Positions 41,038-49,812 of a stretch of DNA of 64,000 nt are shown in pieces. Position 1 is the stretch's first letter. The number at the start of each line of letters is the position of its first letter. Below the pieces are notes generated by a model. It worked only from the letters and a program-made list of their open reading frames with translations, had not been told where the DNA came from and searched no databases. The DNA is from Escherichia phage RB43. The position numbers were made by a program, and so were the translations under genes. The stretch lies in sequence record NC_007023.1; one strand, written 5' to 3'.

Positions 41038-42360
41038 ATGAGTGATAAACACTACACAATTCACAAGTTGATGCGTCAGTCTACGCTTCCGTCTGGTAAA
41101 CGCGAAAAGGTTATCAACGAAGCAACAGGCACGACAGATATCAACGTACAGAACACGCGCCCAGAACTGGTTTCTTTAACTCGCGCCGTGAACAACCTGA
41201 TCTATCATGAACTGGTTGCAGTACAAGAAACTGATTTACCAGTAGCAACGCTTTTTGGTGTTCGTTATCGTAACCCTAACGGCGATATGACTTTCTCCAG
41301 CGCTGCAACCTATTCAGGCCGAATTTCAGGGCGTACAGGCATCGATGATATCGATCTGGCTAAAGCATACGTTAAGGGTGATTTATTCAAGCACGATGTC
41401 ACTGACGTTGTTTATGAGGTTATCGCACCGATTACGCTAAACACCCTGGATACTGACAAAGACACCGCACTGATGAAAGGTGTTTTCCAAAGTAAAATTC
41501 GTCTGGTGAGTGAAGCCGCTGATACATCGAAATACGAAACAAGCGAAGATATCGCATCAACTTCGTTCCAGATGGATCGCTGGAATATTCCGGTACGCTC
41601 TCGTAAGTTTAAAACCGAAATGACGGTTGAACTTATACAGGATCTGGAAGCAAACCAGTTTGAAGCAGATGGGGTTATCGAGGATATTCTGGGTACTGTT
41701 GCCAGTGAAGAAGTTAACAAAGATATCATCCAGACTCTGATCACCGTATCTAAGCGTTATAACGTTAACGGTGTTGTGACTGACGGTATTTTTGATGCTA
41801 CCACGTCTTACACTGCTGCTGATGCTCCGGCATTAGGCCGTATGCTGTATCAATTAGCGTGTGAAATGGGGCAGGAAATGAATAAAACCACTTCATTTGA
41901 TGCTACCTACGTCCTTTGCTCTGCTCGCGTCACAGGCATTCTGGCTGCGTCTGGTTGGATGACCGAAACTGACGAACAACACCCGCTGGCAACTGGTAAG
42001 CTACAGAACGGTTATTATGTCTATACAGACACGAACACCCCGTTTGATTATCTGCTGACAGGCTGTAAGTACGATCTGGGTGATATGGACCATGTTGGTT
42101 CTCTGTTCTTCACTCCGTACACCGAAGCCGACGAAGCAGGTTCAATCAAGGTATCCGTAGATCCGGCATCACTGCAACCGAAAGTAGCAATTCTGATGCG
42201 TTACGGTTTGTCTGTGAACCCGTATACAACTGAAACCGATTCTGATCGCCTGATCAAAGGTGACGATTGGTCTAACCTCGCAGGTAAATCTAAATTGAGT
42301 CAGATCGTAGGTGTTAAATTACCTACCTGGGTTAATCATGTTTTGAGAAGACCATTATAG
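41038..42360 (+). CDS. 24: head vertex protein gp24
   Basis: 440 aa; gp23-like fold motifs (VELIQDLEANQFEA, SLQPKVAILMRYGLSVNPYT). Confidence 0.9.
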   Translation: MSDKHYTIHKLMRQSTLPSGKREKVINEATGTTDINVQNTRPELVSLTRAVNNLIYHELVAVQETDLPVATLFGVRYRNPNGDMTFSSAATYSGRISGRTGIDDIDLAKAYVKGDLFKHDVTDVVYEVIAPITLNTLDTDKDTALMKGVFQSKIRLVSEAADTSKYETSEDIASTSFQMDRWNIPVRSRKFKTEMTVELIQDLEANQFEADGVIEDILGTVASEEVNKDIIQTLITVSKRYNVNGVVTDGIFDATTSYTAADAPALGRMLYQLACEMGQEMNKTTSFDATYVLCSARVTGILAASGWMTETDEQHPLATGKLQNGYYVYTDTNTPFDYLLTGCKYDLGDMDHVGSLFFTPYTEADEAGSIKVSVDPASLQPKVAILMRYGLSVNPYTTETDSDRLIKGDDWSNLAGKSKLSQIVGVKLPTWVNHVLRRPL

Positions 42361-42384
42361 TAATAAAGATCAACAAGGTCAAAT

Positions 42385-42543
42385 GAGCGAAGCGAATTTT
42401 CACGAACGAAGTGAGTGATAGGAACTACATAATTATATTTTAATATTTTATATATAGAGAAAAATGTAGTTTTTGGTATGGTTTTTAACCAGATGTAAAC
42501 TAACATTCACTCACTACGTTCGTTCATGTACTCGCTTCGCTCG
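42385..42543. repeat. dyad-symmetric intergenic element, copy B
   Basis: Same arms and identical 57-bp core (42423-42479) as copy A; arms form an imperfect ~34-bp inverted repeat. Confidence 0.75.
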
Positions 42544-42548
42544 TAAAT

Positions 42549-42576
42549 TTGACTTCTTGATCATAGTGGTTATAAT
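42549..42576 (+). promoter_or_regulatory. sigma70-like promoter (TTGACT-16-TATAAT) upstream of uvsY
   Basis: -35 TTGACT 42549-42554, -10 TATAAT 42571-42576. Confidence 0.4.
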
Positions 42577-42599
42577 GATTCTTTGTTTTGAGGTGATAC

Positions 42600-43022
42600 A
42601 TGACTGAACTAAAACTTGAAGATTTACAGGCTGAACTCGAACAGGATATGTTGATTGATCCTCTGAAACTACAGAGTGAATCAGCAGACATTCCGAAGAT
42701 TTGGTCAAAATGGCTTCGATATCATTCGAATGCTAAGAAAAAACTGATCCAGCTACAGGCCAGGAAAGAAGCAGATGTTAAAGAACGTCTTCTGTATTAC
42801 ACTGGACGGCATGAGACTGAAATGACTGATGTCATTTACACAGGTTCAGGTGAAATTAAGATTGCGATCAATGGTGATCCGAAAATTGTTGAGGTTAACA
42901 AGCTGATCCAGTATTTCGAATTGATTGCAGAATTCACCAGCAAAGCGCTGGACATTGTTAAGAACAAAGGATATTCTATCAAAAATATGTTGGAAATCCG
43001 AAAACTTGAGAGTGGTGCATAA
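42600..43022 (+). CDS. uvsY: recombination mediator UvsY
   Basis: LEDLQAELEQDMLIDPLKLQ, YSKWLRYHS, RLLYYTGR, AFEAG-like C-terminus match T4 UvsY. Confidence 0.85.
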   Translation: MTELKLEDLQAELEQDMLIDPLKLQSESADIPKIWSKWLRYHSNAKKKLIQLQARKEADVKERLLYYTGRHETEMTDVIYTGSGEIKIAINGDPKIVEVNKLIQYFELIAEFTSKALDIVKNKGYSIKNMLEIRKLESGA

Positions 43023-43023
43023 A

Positions 43024-43215
43024 ATGTCAAATCAATTTGAAAGCCAGCACGACGCTAAATGCGTGGTGTGCAAACGTCCAATGGTAACAGCTACTGGGTT
43101 TGTTACCGAATCCGGTCCCGTTTGTGGTCCTATCTGTGCTCAGTATCTGATTGAGCGTGATAAATCTGGACTGAACGAAGCCGACGATCTGAACGAAGTT
43201 CAAATGTTGCTGTAG
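43024..43215 (+). CDS. uvsY.-2-like small Cys-containing protein (63 aa)
   Basis: ATG 43024 just after uvsY stop; CVVCKRP...CGPIC. Confidence 0.5.
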   Translation: MSNQFESQHDAKCVVCKRPMVTATGFVTESGPVCGPICAQYLIERDKSGLNEADDLNEVQMLL

Positions 43216-43532
43216 GTGGGAATATGAACACGGAAGATGTTGACTTTTTCGACGAAAGGCCGGATCTGATTGATTCCGGTTGTTTCGAAGATGAACACCC
43301 AGATTTTTAATCAGTAAATAGATGTGTACCCCTTGTTGGGCTTGGGCTTGCCGTATGGCGTACCCATTTGCGCCGTCCGATAGAATTTACTTTCGGCGGG
43401 GTGATTGGTAAAATACCTTCGAGTAAAGGCCAGTGAATAGTAATTCGGAATAGTACCGCACCGAAATAAATAAATGTACTTCCTCGCGGTTCTGTTATGC
43501 CGCTGTTTATATGACTGCGGTTATATAAAATT

Positions 43533-43566
43533 AAAGCCCCTTCCTTTCGGTTGGGGCTTCTTTTTT
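43533..43566. terminator. bidirectional rho-independent terminator
   Basis: AAAGCCCCTTCCTTTCGGTTGGGGCTTCTTTTTT; hairpin identical to 8520-8541. Confidence 0.6.
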
Positions 43567-43795
43567 AGAACTTCTCTTCTTCTCCGGTTTCAAGTTCGGC
43601 TTTGAGTTCTTCACGCCGTCCCTTGATCGCGTCACGCATTGAAATGTCATCGGATGCTGCAACTTCAACTTCCTTGACCCGCGTATTGTAATACTTTTCC
43701 AACTCTTTCAAACCGTCCAATGTACGGCACGAAGCAACTTTATTCATGAAATCATCAATTGCGGCTTCGTTAACGAATTCAGTAAAACTTTTCAT
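43565..43795 (-). CDS. small capsid-targeting-sequence protein (76 aa)
   Basis: N-terminus MKSFTEFVNEA matches T4 CTS; GAGG SD; co-transcribed downstream of uvsW. Confidence 0.55.
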   Translation of the reverse strand: MKSFTEFVNEAAIDDFMNKVASCRTLDGLKELEKYYNTRVKEVEVAASDDISMRDAIKGRREELKAELETGEEEKF

Positions 43796-43804
43796 CTTAA
43801 CCTC

Positions 43805-45304
43805 TTAAATTTCTACCTGTTTGATCACGTAGTCGAATCGTTCTTCATTGTAGATCCGCACACGTTCCATAGCATGTTTCATGCCGTAGTTAGTTGCACT
43901 ATATTTATTTTTGGCTGTCTTCGACTTCGCCAGCGTTGCCAGGTTATCGACGATATCCCATACAGTAGCCAGCGCTTTCGAACCATGCTTACGCAACACG
44001 CGCCCGATCGACTGCTTAACAACAACGGCAGATTTGCAAGGGTGTGCAAAAATGATGTGATGCAGGTTCTTGATTGAAATACCTGTACTCAGTACCCCGA
44101 TCGAACCGATTACAATCAAACCCTTTGTTGATTCCGCAATCTTTTTCATTTCGTTGCGGTCGTCAATGTCCGTATCGCCGTTGATCAACACAACGTTGTC
44201 ATAAACCTTGCTCAACTTCTCGTACAGCCATTTTCCGTGTTCTTTATACCGGAACATCACGAATGTGTTTTCGTTCTTCTCACGGGCTAATTTAAGCGCT
44301 AATTTTAGAATCCATGCGTTGCGCCGTGTATGGCTTGTAACGTACTTGATTTCTGTCTGGTAGTCCGCACCTTTTAACTTCTTAACCTCTTCTTCTTTGT
44401 ATCGAAGAAAGATTGTGTTAATTTTCAGGTTGGTGACTTGTCCATCATCCATCAAACGACGCGTATCAACTGGTTTAAAGACTTTACCGAACGCACCGAT
44501 GTATTGCATCATGTTCGTTTTCCCTTCTTTCAGGGAACCGGATAACCCCAGTTTGAAAATGCACTGATCCATTGTGTCGATAATCTTTTTGATGCTCAAC
44601 CCTGTTGAGAGGTGGCATTCATCAACCATCAGGCACATGAACTGCTGGAACCACTCAGCAGGCATTTTAACCGCTGATTGCCAGGTTGAAACATAGATTA
44701 GCGCGTTGCTGTTCTTAGCAGTACCGGAACGAATACCCAGCATTGCCGATTTCGGAAACAGTCGATAGTTTGCGATGTCCTCGATCATTTGGTCAACCAG
44801 CGCCGTAGTTGGAACGATAATCAGCACTTTACCGCTGTAATGTTCCAGACACCAACGGGAGATAAGACCCTGAATCAGTGATTTACCCGCTGACGTTGGC
44901 AGGTTCAGAACACCTCGACGGTTTTTGATACCGTGGAATACGGATTCGCGTTGATACCAGTAAGGATCGATCTTTTTGTCGCCGTCATAAACTGGATGCT
45001 CGTTTACCCACTTGTCAAAATCTTCTTGCGTGATATCCTCTGTCTCGTGGATCTTCGGATCTACCCAGATTGAATACCCGCGCGATTCTGCGAATTTTGC
45101 TACCAGATAGGCTAATCCATACGGGAGTTTTCCGTTGTAGTCCATCAGGTAAATGTACCCGTTCCATCCACCATATTTGTACTTGTTTTGGTACTGATAG
45201 CCTGGAGGCTGGAATGAAAAATAGTCACGCAGTTCATAGACAATGTTTGCTTCTGCCTGAATCTGTACGTGGCTTGTGTTTAAATATTTGACTTCAATAT
45301 CCAC
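43805..45304 (-). CDS. uvsW: DNA/RNA helicase UvsW
   Basis: LNLPTSAGKSLIQ (Walker A), MVDECHL (DECH box), GRVLRKHGSKALATVWD; near-colinear with T4 UvsW. Confidence 0.9.
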   Translation of the reverse strand: MDIEVKYLNTSHVQIQAEANIVYELRDYFSFQPPGYQYQNKYKYGGWNGYIYLMDYNGKLPYGLAYLVAKFAESRGYSIWVDPKIHETEDITQEDFDKWVNEHPVYDGDKKIDPYWYQRESVFHGIKNRRGVLNLPTSAGKSLIQGLISRWCLEHYSGKVLIIVPTTALVDQMIEDIANYRLFPKSAMLGIRSGTAKNSNALIYVSTWQSAVKMPAEWFQQFMCLMVDECHLSTGLSIKKIIDTMDQCIFKLGLSGSLKEGKTNMMQYIGAFGKVFKPVDTRRLMDDGQVTNLKINTIFLRYKEEEVKKLKGADYQTEIKYVTSHTRRNAWILKLALKLAREKNENTFVMFRYKEHGKWLYEKLSKVYDNVVLINGDTDIDDRNEMKKIAESTKGLIVIGSIGVLSTGISIKNLHHIIFAHPCKSAVVVKQSIGRVLRKHGSKALATVWDIVDNLATLAKSKTAKNKYSATNYGMKHAMERVRIYNEERFDYVIKQVEI

Positions 45305-45375
45305 TATGATTACCCTATGTACAAAGTATATAGGTATTTATTGCCTAAATATTGAATAAACACTGGAGATAGACA

Positions 45376-46296
45376 ATGAAAATTGATTACGAATTGGTAG
45401 AAGGGTTCCGTGCTCTGCCTACTAAAGAACAGAAAGGCGCACTGGCTGACTACGCTCAAAGCACCTTTGAAGTAAAATTGAACAAACAAAAATCATTCGA
45501 TAACATGCTGGCTGATCTGGAAGCTGCTGTACCAGCGGAAGAAGAAAAACCGGAACTGCTGATTGATTCCCCAGAATCCGCGATCGTTTCGTACACTGGT
45601 AGCGTTGCAATGGATGAACCTGTTGTTAACGCTCCGAACATTCCTGATGTTGTTGTCGATGTGTCGCAGGACTTTATGGATTACGTCAAAGACGTTGCGC
45701 CGGAAGTGGCTGATCAGATTAAATTAGTCCCTGATGTTGTTGTCGATGTGTCGCAGGACTTTATGGATTACGTCAAAGACGTTGCGCCGGAAGTGGCTGA
45801 TCAGATTAAATTAGTCCCTGATGTTGTTGTCGATGTGTCGCAGGACTTTATGGATTACGTCAAAGACGTTGCGCCGGAAGTGGCTGATCAGATTAAATTA
45901 GTCCCTGATGTTGTTGTCGATGTGTCGCAGGACTTTATGGATTACGTCAAAGACGTTGCGCCGGAAGTGGCTGATCAGATTAAATTAGTCCCTGATGTTG
46001 TAGAAGCGTCTGTAACCGCTTCTGACGAGTCCAAAGCTGATATGGCATGGTTGGACGGGTTTAGCCCTACAATCGTTCTGATGGGGCGTAGCGCTCGTTC
46101 TAACGGCTATTATACGTGTCCCTGGTGGATCTACGATTGGATTAAGAAAAATCCAGATTGGTACAAAGATCCTGACCAGTGTCCACACTACAGCGCACGG
46201 GATACCCTGAAATCGCTGGTGTACTACATCAAACGTGATGGTCAAGTTACTGTGCGTGAAACGCGCAACAGCAGTTTCGATACCTTCAAATTTTAG
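45376..46296 (+). CDS. hypothetical protein with 4 identical 29-aa repeats and C-terminal PWWIYD domain
   Basis: 306-aa ORF; repeat PDVVVDVSQDFMDYVKDVAPEVADQIKLV x4; C-terminal YYTCPWWIYDWIKKNPDWY. Confidence 0.6.
   Translation: MKIDYELVEGFRALPTKEQKGALADYAQSTFEVKLNKQKSFDNMLADLEAAVPAEEEKPELLIDSPESAIVSYTGSVAMDEPVVNAPNIPDVVVDVSQDFMDYVKDVAPEVADQIKLVPDVVVDVSQDFMDYVKDVAPEVADQIKLVPDVVVDVSQDFMDYVKDVAPEVADQIKLVPDVVVDVSQDFMDYVKDVAPEVADQIKLVPDVVEASVTASDESKADMAWLDGFSPTIVLMGRSARSNGYYTCPWWIYDWIKKNPDWYKDPDQCPHYSARDTLKSLVYYIKRDGQVTVRETRNSSFDTFKF
45643..45990 (+). repeat. perfect tandem repeat, 4 x 87 bp (plus 11-bp partial fifth unit)
   Basis: Units at 45643, 45730, 45817, 45904 identical by eye; in-frame inside CDS. 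Confidence 0.9.
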
Positions 46297-46317
46297 CACT
46301 TTTTGCTAAAAATCTGG

Positions 46318-46346
46318 TTGACTCGTACCCCGCTTTAAAGTATATT
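46318..46346 (+). promoter_or_regulatory. sigma70-like promoter (TTGACT-17-TATATT)
   Basis: Upstream of ORF 46397. Confidence 0.35.
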
Positions 46347-46396
46347 TGTACTCGAAGGCGGGGGAAAGGCTCTCGCAGTGAAAGAAGGAAAGCAAA

Positions 46397-46714
46397 ATGA
46401 AAAACGAAATGATGAAAAATGCTTATTATCCGGTTTTGTTTGTTTGGGGCGGGGAAAAAGTTAAAACTATCGTTAATTCACAAGCTCCGTATTACACTGT
46501 AGGTGAAGCACTTCGTCACGCCGCCGAAGCTGATTATCCGGTATCATTTGAACCTGGTTATGCTCGTTGGAACGGTTCTAAGTGGGTTGCTGATAGCTGG
46601 GACAACTACGAAGAATCAAGAATGGAACATGATCCTGATTATGTTTCTCGCCAGATGGAAGCGCACATGATTGCAGACCGTCGCCTCGATAATGAAGCTC
46701 GCGGATTCTGGTAA
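46397..46714 (+). CDS. hypothetical protein (105 aa)
   Basis: ORF with GAAGGAAAG SD. Confidence 0.5.
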   Translation: MKNEMMKNAYYPVLFVWGGEKVKTIVNSQAPYYTVGEALRHAAEADYPVSFEPGYARWNGSKWVADSWDNYEESRMEHDPDYVSRQMEAHMIADRRLDNEARGFW

Positions 46715-46720
46715 AATTTA

Positions 46721-46745
46721 AGGGGGCGAAAGCCTCCTTTTTTAT
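46721..46745 (+). terminator. terminator-like hairpin (GGGGGCGAAAGCCTCC plus T-run)
   Basis: Imperfect GC stem followed by TTTTTTAT. Confidence 0.4.
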
Positions 46746-46787
46746 AGGTGAATAATGAATAAATAAAATCATGAATGTCTGAAAGAT

Positions 46788-47324
46788 TTGTCAGATGGTA
46801 AAGAAATCGAGAACGTTATATTCCTCGATATTGACGGCGTGTTAAATAATATGCGCTCTATGAAATTCGGTGAACATATGGACATCGAATGTGCGCGACA
46901 TCTACGCCGGATCGTCAACCATGCAAATTGTGATATCGTTGTTTCTTCAACGTGGCGCATTGGGAACACGACACACACCCTACGCGAAATCCTGTACCCC
47001 TGGGGCTTGTATCGCGTTATCGGTCGAACCTGTAGCAACATGGTTGGTAATTGTGTGCGTGGTGATGAAATAAAGGCGTGGATCGATACGTTCGGATGTA
47101 AGAACTACATGATCCTTGATGATGATTGTGATATGTTGCCAGAACAAAAAGATCACTTCGTCAGAACAGATCCTGAAATCGGGCTTACCGAAGAACAATC
47201 AACCTTTGCGATCCGCAATATATTTGGAGTAACAACCCCGTTTTGTCCTGAATGCAACGGCTATGGGCGCGTGAACCAATACGATAAATGCGGTAGCTGT
47301 AACGGTAAAAAATTGCGTCTATAA
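46788..47324 (+). CDS. HAD-superfamily phosphatase-like protein with C-terminal zinc ribbon
   Basis: FLDIDGVLNN (motif I), ILDDD, CPECNGYG...CGSCNG; start ambiguous (TTG 46788, or ATG 46775 if A3 run 46782-46784 is read as A2). Confidence 0.5.
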   Translation: MSDGKEIENVIFLDIDGVLNNMRSMKFGEHMDIECARHLRRIVNHANCDIVVSSTWRIGNTTHTLREILYPWGLYRVIGRTCSNMVGNCVRGDEIKAWIDTFGCKNYMILDDDCDMLPEQKDHFVRTDPEIGLTEEQSTFAIRNIFGVTTPFCPECNGYGRVNQYDKCGSCNGKKLRL

Positions 47325-47327
47325 ATA
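47320..47327 (+). promoter_or_regulatory. T4-type late promoter box TATAAATA
   Basis: Exact TATAAATA about 19 nt upstream of ATG 47346. Confidence 0.4.
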
Positions 47328-47345
47328 CAGAAAAACTAAGAGGTT

Positions 47346-47855
47346 TCAATAATGGCTACTGAAAAATGGACTACGGTTCACCCTATCCCGTGGCGTAACA
47401 CCAGCTTTACCTATCTTCCGTGGTGGATCTATGATATCATCGTTGCTGCTAATACGGCAGGTGGAGATTGGCGTGATTACGCAGAAGAAAAATATGCGAA
47501 AGAATTCGTCACGCTGAAACAAGCATACATCGACTAGACCGATGTTGATTTCATCGAATCTCGCAACGGCTACCTGTACAAACTCAGTGATTTTACTCCG
47601 GCTGATCCGGTTGTTACTATCACCCCGAAAACTGCCCCTGCTGATTTTAAAGTAGGCGATCCTGACCTTGCTGCAACCGATCTGTTTACTATCGATCCGA
47701 GCGGTACGGCTATGACTCTGACTGTGGATTCCTCTGGTCATGCGTCGATCGTTGGCGGTAAACTCCATGCTATAAGCGCTGGTGATGTTGTTGTAACGGC
47801 GACCTCCGGTTCTGTTACTGCAAACCTGACTGTAAATGTTAAAGTTGCTCCATAA
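47346..47855 (+). CDS. late gene: PWWIYD N-domain plus Big_2-type Ig-like domain, interrupted by in-frame TAG (47535-47537)
   Basis: 61-codon ORF ends at TAG; same frame continues 106 codons with ...TVDSSGHASIVGGKLHAISAGDVVVTATSGSVTANLTVNV and no start codon of its own. Confidence 0.5.
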
Positions 47856-47870
47856 CTAAGAAGGTAAAAC

Positions 47871-48371
47871 ATGCTTCTATTCGAATTCAATGATGTATTC
47901 GCGAAGTTTAGTGATGCAATTCAGGCAAAATTCGGCAAACGTCCCGAAAACATGACAGAAACAGAATACAATACTGCTGTTTCGTCCCTGGTTCGTACAG
48001 ATTTCTATGAAAAGCTGGCGATCGAGGTGTTGGGCTGGGACATGATGAAATGGGGTATGACTTATCGCGATCGCGAAGTTGGTTTCATTCTCGTCAATGA
48101 GGTTAAAAGCCCTCTGTGGGTAAACAACCAAAAAGTTGCATACATGGATAAGGTGTGTGCGGAAATGGGTATTGTGCGTCTGGATTTCTGGACGTGTAAG
48201 GATCTGAATGAACTGAAAGGTCATGCTTATCGTTGCCCTCTGATTTCTCGCAATGAGAAACATCGTCAAGCATGGGATAGCGCTGGCAAGTATCGCAGTG
48301 TATATCTGAATGATGACATGAACATCACTATTCAGGATGTGAACCGCGCCTTTGCGGATTACACACCATAA
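47871..48371 (+). CDS. hypothetical protein (166 aa)
   Basis: ORF with GAAGG SD. Confidence 0.5.
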   Translation: MLLFEFNDVFAKFSDAIQAKFGKRPENMTETEYNTAVSSLVRTDFYEKLAIEVLGWDMMKWGMTYRDREVGFILVNEVKSPLWVNNQKVAYMDKVCAEMGIVRLDFWTCKDLNELKGHAYRCPLISRNEKHRQAWDSAGKYRSVYLNDDMNITIQDVNRAFADYTP

Positions 48372-48379
48372 ACAAAAAA

Positions 48380-48408
48380 GGGAACCGCAATGGTTCCCTT
48401 TCTTTTTA
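48380..48408. terminator. bidirectional terminator (GGGAACCGCAATGGTTCCC plus T-run)
   Basis: 8-bp stem between convergent genes. Confidence 0.5.
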
Positions 48409-48867
48409 CAGCTTTCTAACTTCTTTCAACGCTTCTTCTTTGCTACCAACGAAGAGGATCGCTTTTCCTCCCGCTTTCCTGAAAGGTAGTACCGCTTTCG
48501 CTCTGTCATCGAACAGTACACCCTGACCTGCATAGGCTGCTTTTTCGCCGCTGCTTTTGGTGTAGTGGAATTCAGGCAGATATCCTAACAGTTTAACAAG
48601 CGCTTTGCGTTTTTGTTCTGCAACTTCTTCGGAATTGTATTTACCGACACTGGTCAAGATCGCAACCTCGCCTAATGTTCTCATATGGCAGAACAGCGCA
48701 ACACCTTCTTCAATCGGTTTTAAATTTTCGTAGAAGTCGGTTTTAGATATTGCCTCTTTTGCCTTTTTGAGTTCATCCTGTGGCATTCTTGCTGGATCAC
48801 CATACATCGGTATGAAAGAACCTTCCCAATCAAACAGTACACCATCCATATCAAAGAAAAATTTCAT
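48406..48867 (-). CDS. HAD-superfamily 5'-nucleotidase-like protein
   Basis: FDMDGVLFDW motif I; internal ATG (MKFFFDMDG...) preferred to avoid overlap with 48917-49750. Confidence 0.55.
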   Translation of the reverse strand: MKFFFDMDGVLFDWEGSFIPMYGDPARMPQDELKKAKEAISKTDFYENLKPIEEGVALFCHMRTLGEVAILTSVGKYNSEEVAEQKRKALVKLLGYLPEFHYTKSSGEKAAYAGQGVLFDDRAKAVLPFRKAGGKAILFVGSKEEALKEVRKL

Positions 48868-48916
48868 ATCAATTCCTCGCTTTGTGTGTGCATCATATTC
48901 ATATATGTTCTCATTG

Positions 48917-49750
48917 TCAACCCCATGTATCGGTTTTGGGTGCGTATGCTGCAACTTTAGCAACCAATTCCTTATCAAGCTGGTCAATAGATTTCTGTGC
49001 TTTACCTTTTGACTTAACTTTGATGTAGTTAGACTTGACAACAAACATACCGCCTTTGTCAGATTTTTTGATCTCGCTATCGATACCAACTTTGTTAAAG
49101 CTGATCCAGATATCACCATCCATATACTGTTTCAGTGAATCGCCCATGTTCAGGATCTTAGCCATAGTAAGAGCGGCCCCTTCGTGGGTATCCATGAGGA
49201 TCTCTTTAGGAACCACACGGTCACGTTTCAGGTTCTGCTGCATAGCAATATGAACATCGTTCATTACCCAAACGATATGGATGTTTTCTTTATGGTATCC
49301 CAGCGTTTCAACGTCACGGGCAATGCTTGCCAGCTTGCTCATGCTTTTTAGGGTAACGTCGAAAATCAGGTTTGGTTTGCGGTCTTCTGGTGCTGCTGCA
49401 ATACCAGCATAAACACGCGCCTGGTTTTTGTTGGATACGTTGAAAACGTCTGCGATCACATGATGCAGGGTTGCCACGTTATCCGGGTTTTTCAGGTTCA
49501 TGGTTTTAACATCATGACCAGTTTTAGCTTTGATTTCTGCCGCCAGTTTGGTGCTACCCATTACCAGCTTTTTCAGTGCGTCAACGTCCAGTGTGATTCC
49601 TTCGATACCTAACAGTTTTTCGAGGGTAAAACCTTTACCGGAACCCGCACCGCCAGCCAGGATCACAACCTGACCAAATTTAGGATATGCCTTGCCGCCA
49701 AACGTAATCAACGCTTCGTCAAGGGATACAAAGTCTTTGAATGATTTCAT
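48917..49750 (-). CDS. capsid-targeting-sequence protein with P-loop kinase-like domain
   Basis: N-terminus MKSFKDFVSLDEA (CTS-like) followed by Walker A VVILAGGAGSGKGFT. Confidence 0.6.
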   Translation of the reverse strand: MKSFKDFVSLDEALITFGGKAYPKFGQVVILAGGAGSGKGFTLEKLLGIEGITLDVDALKKLVMGSTKLAAEIKAKTGHDVKTMNLKNPDNVATLHHVIADVFNVSNKNQARVYAGIAAAPEDRKPNLIFDVTLKSMSKLASIARDVETLGYHKENIHIVWVMNDVHIAMQQNLKRDRVVPKEILMDTHEGAALTMAKILNMGDSLKQYMDGDIWISFNKVGIDSEIKKSDKGGMFVVKSNYIKVKSKGKAQKSIDQLDKELVAKVAAYAPKTDTWG

Positions 49751-49782
49751 CTTAGAACTCCAGGGTTATTTTAATATATTTA

Positions 49783-49812
49783 TTGACACCGTTTATTGGT
49801 TGGGTTTATAGT
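49783..49812 (+). promoter_or_regulatory. sigma70-like promoter (TTGACA-18-TATAGT)
   Basis: In divergent intergenic region upstream of ORF 49863. Confidence 0.4.

Noticed and set aside
45643-45990. Possible CRISPR array (regular direct repeats)
   Set aside because: Units are contiguous with no spacers, 87 bp long and in-frame within a CDS; this is a coding tandem repeat
47346-47768. 140-aa minus-strand ORF
   Set aside because: Antisense to the late-promoter Ig-like gene; Arg/Ser-rich junk-like translation
48868-49119. ORF-track N-terminal extension of the HAD nucleotidase gene
   Set aside because: Would overlap the CTS/P-loop gene by about 200 nt; HAD motif I lies right after the internal ATG at 48867
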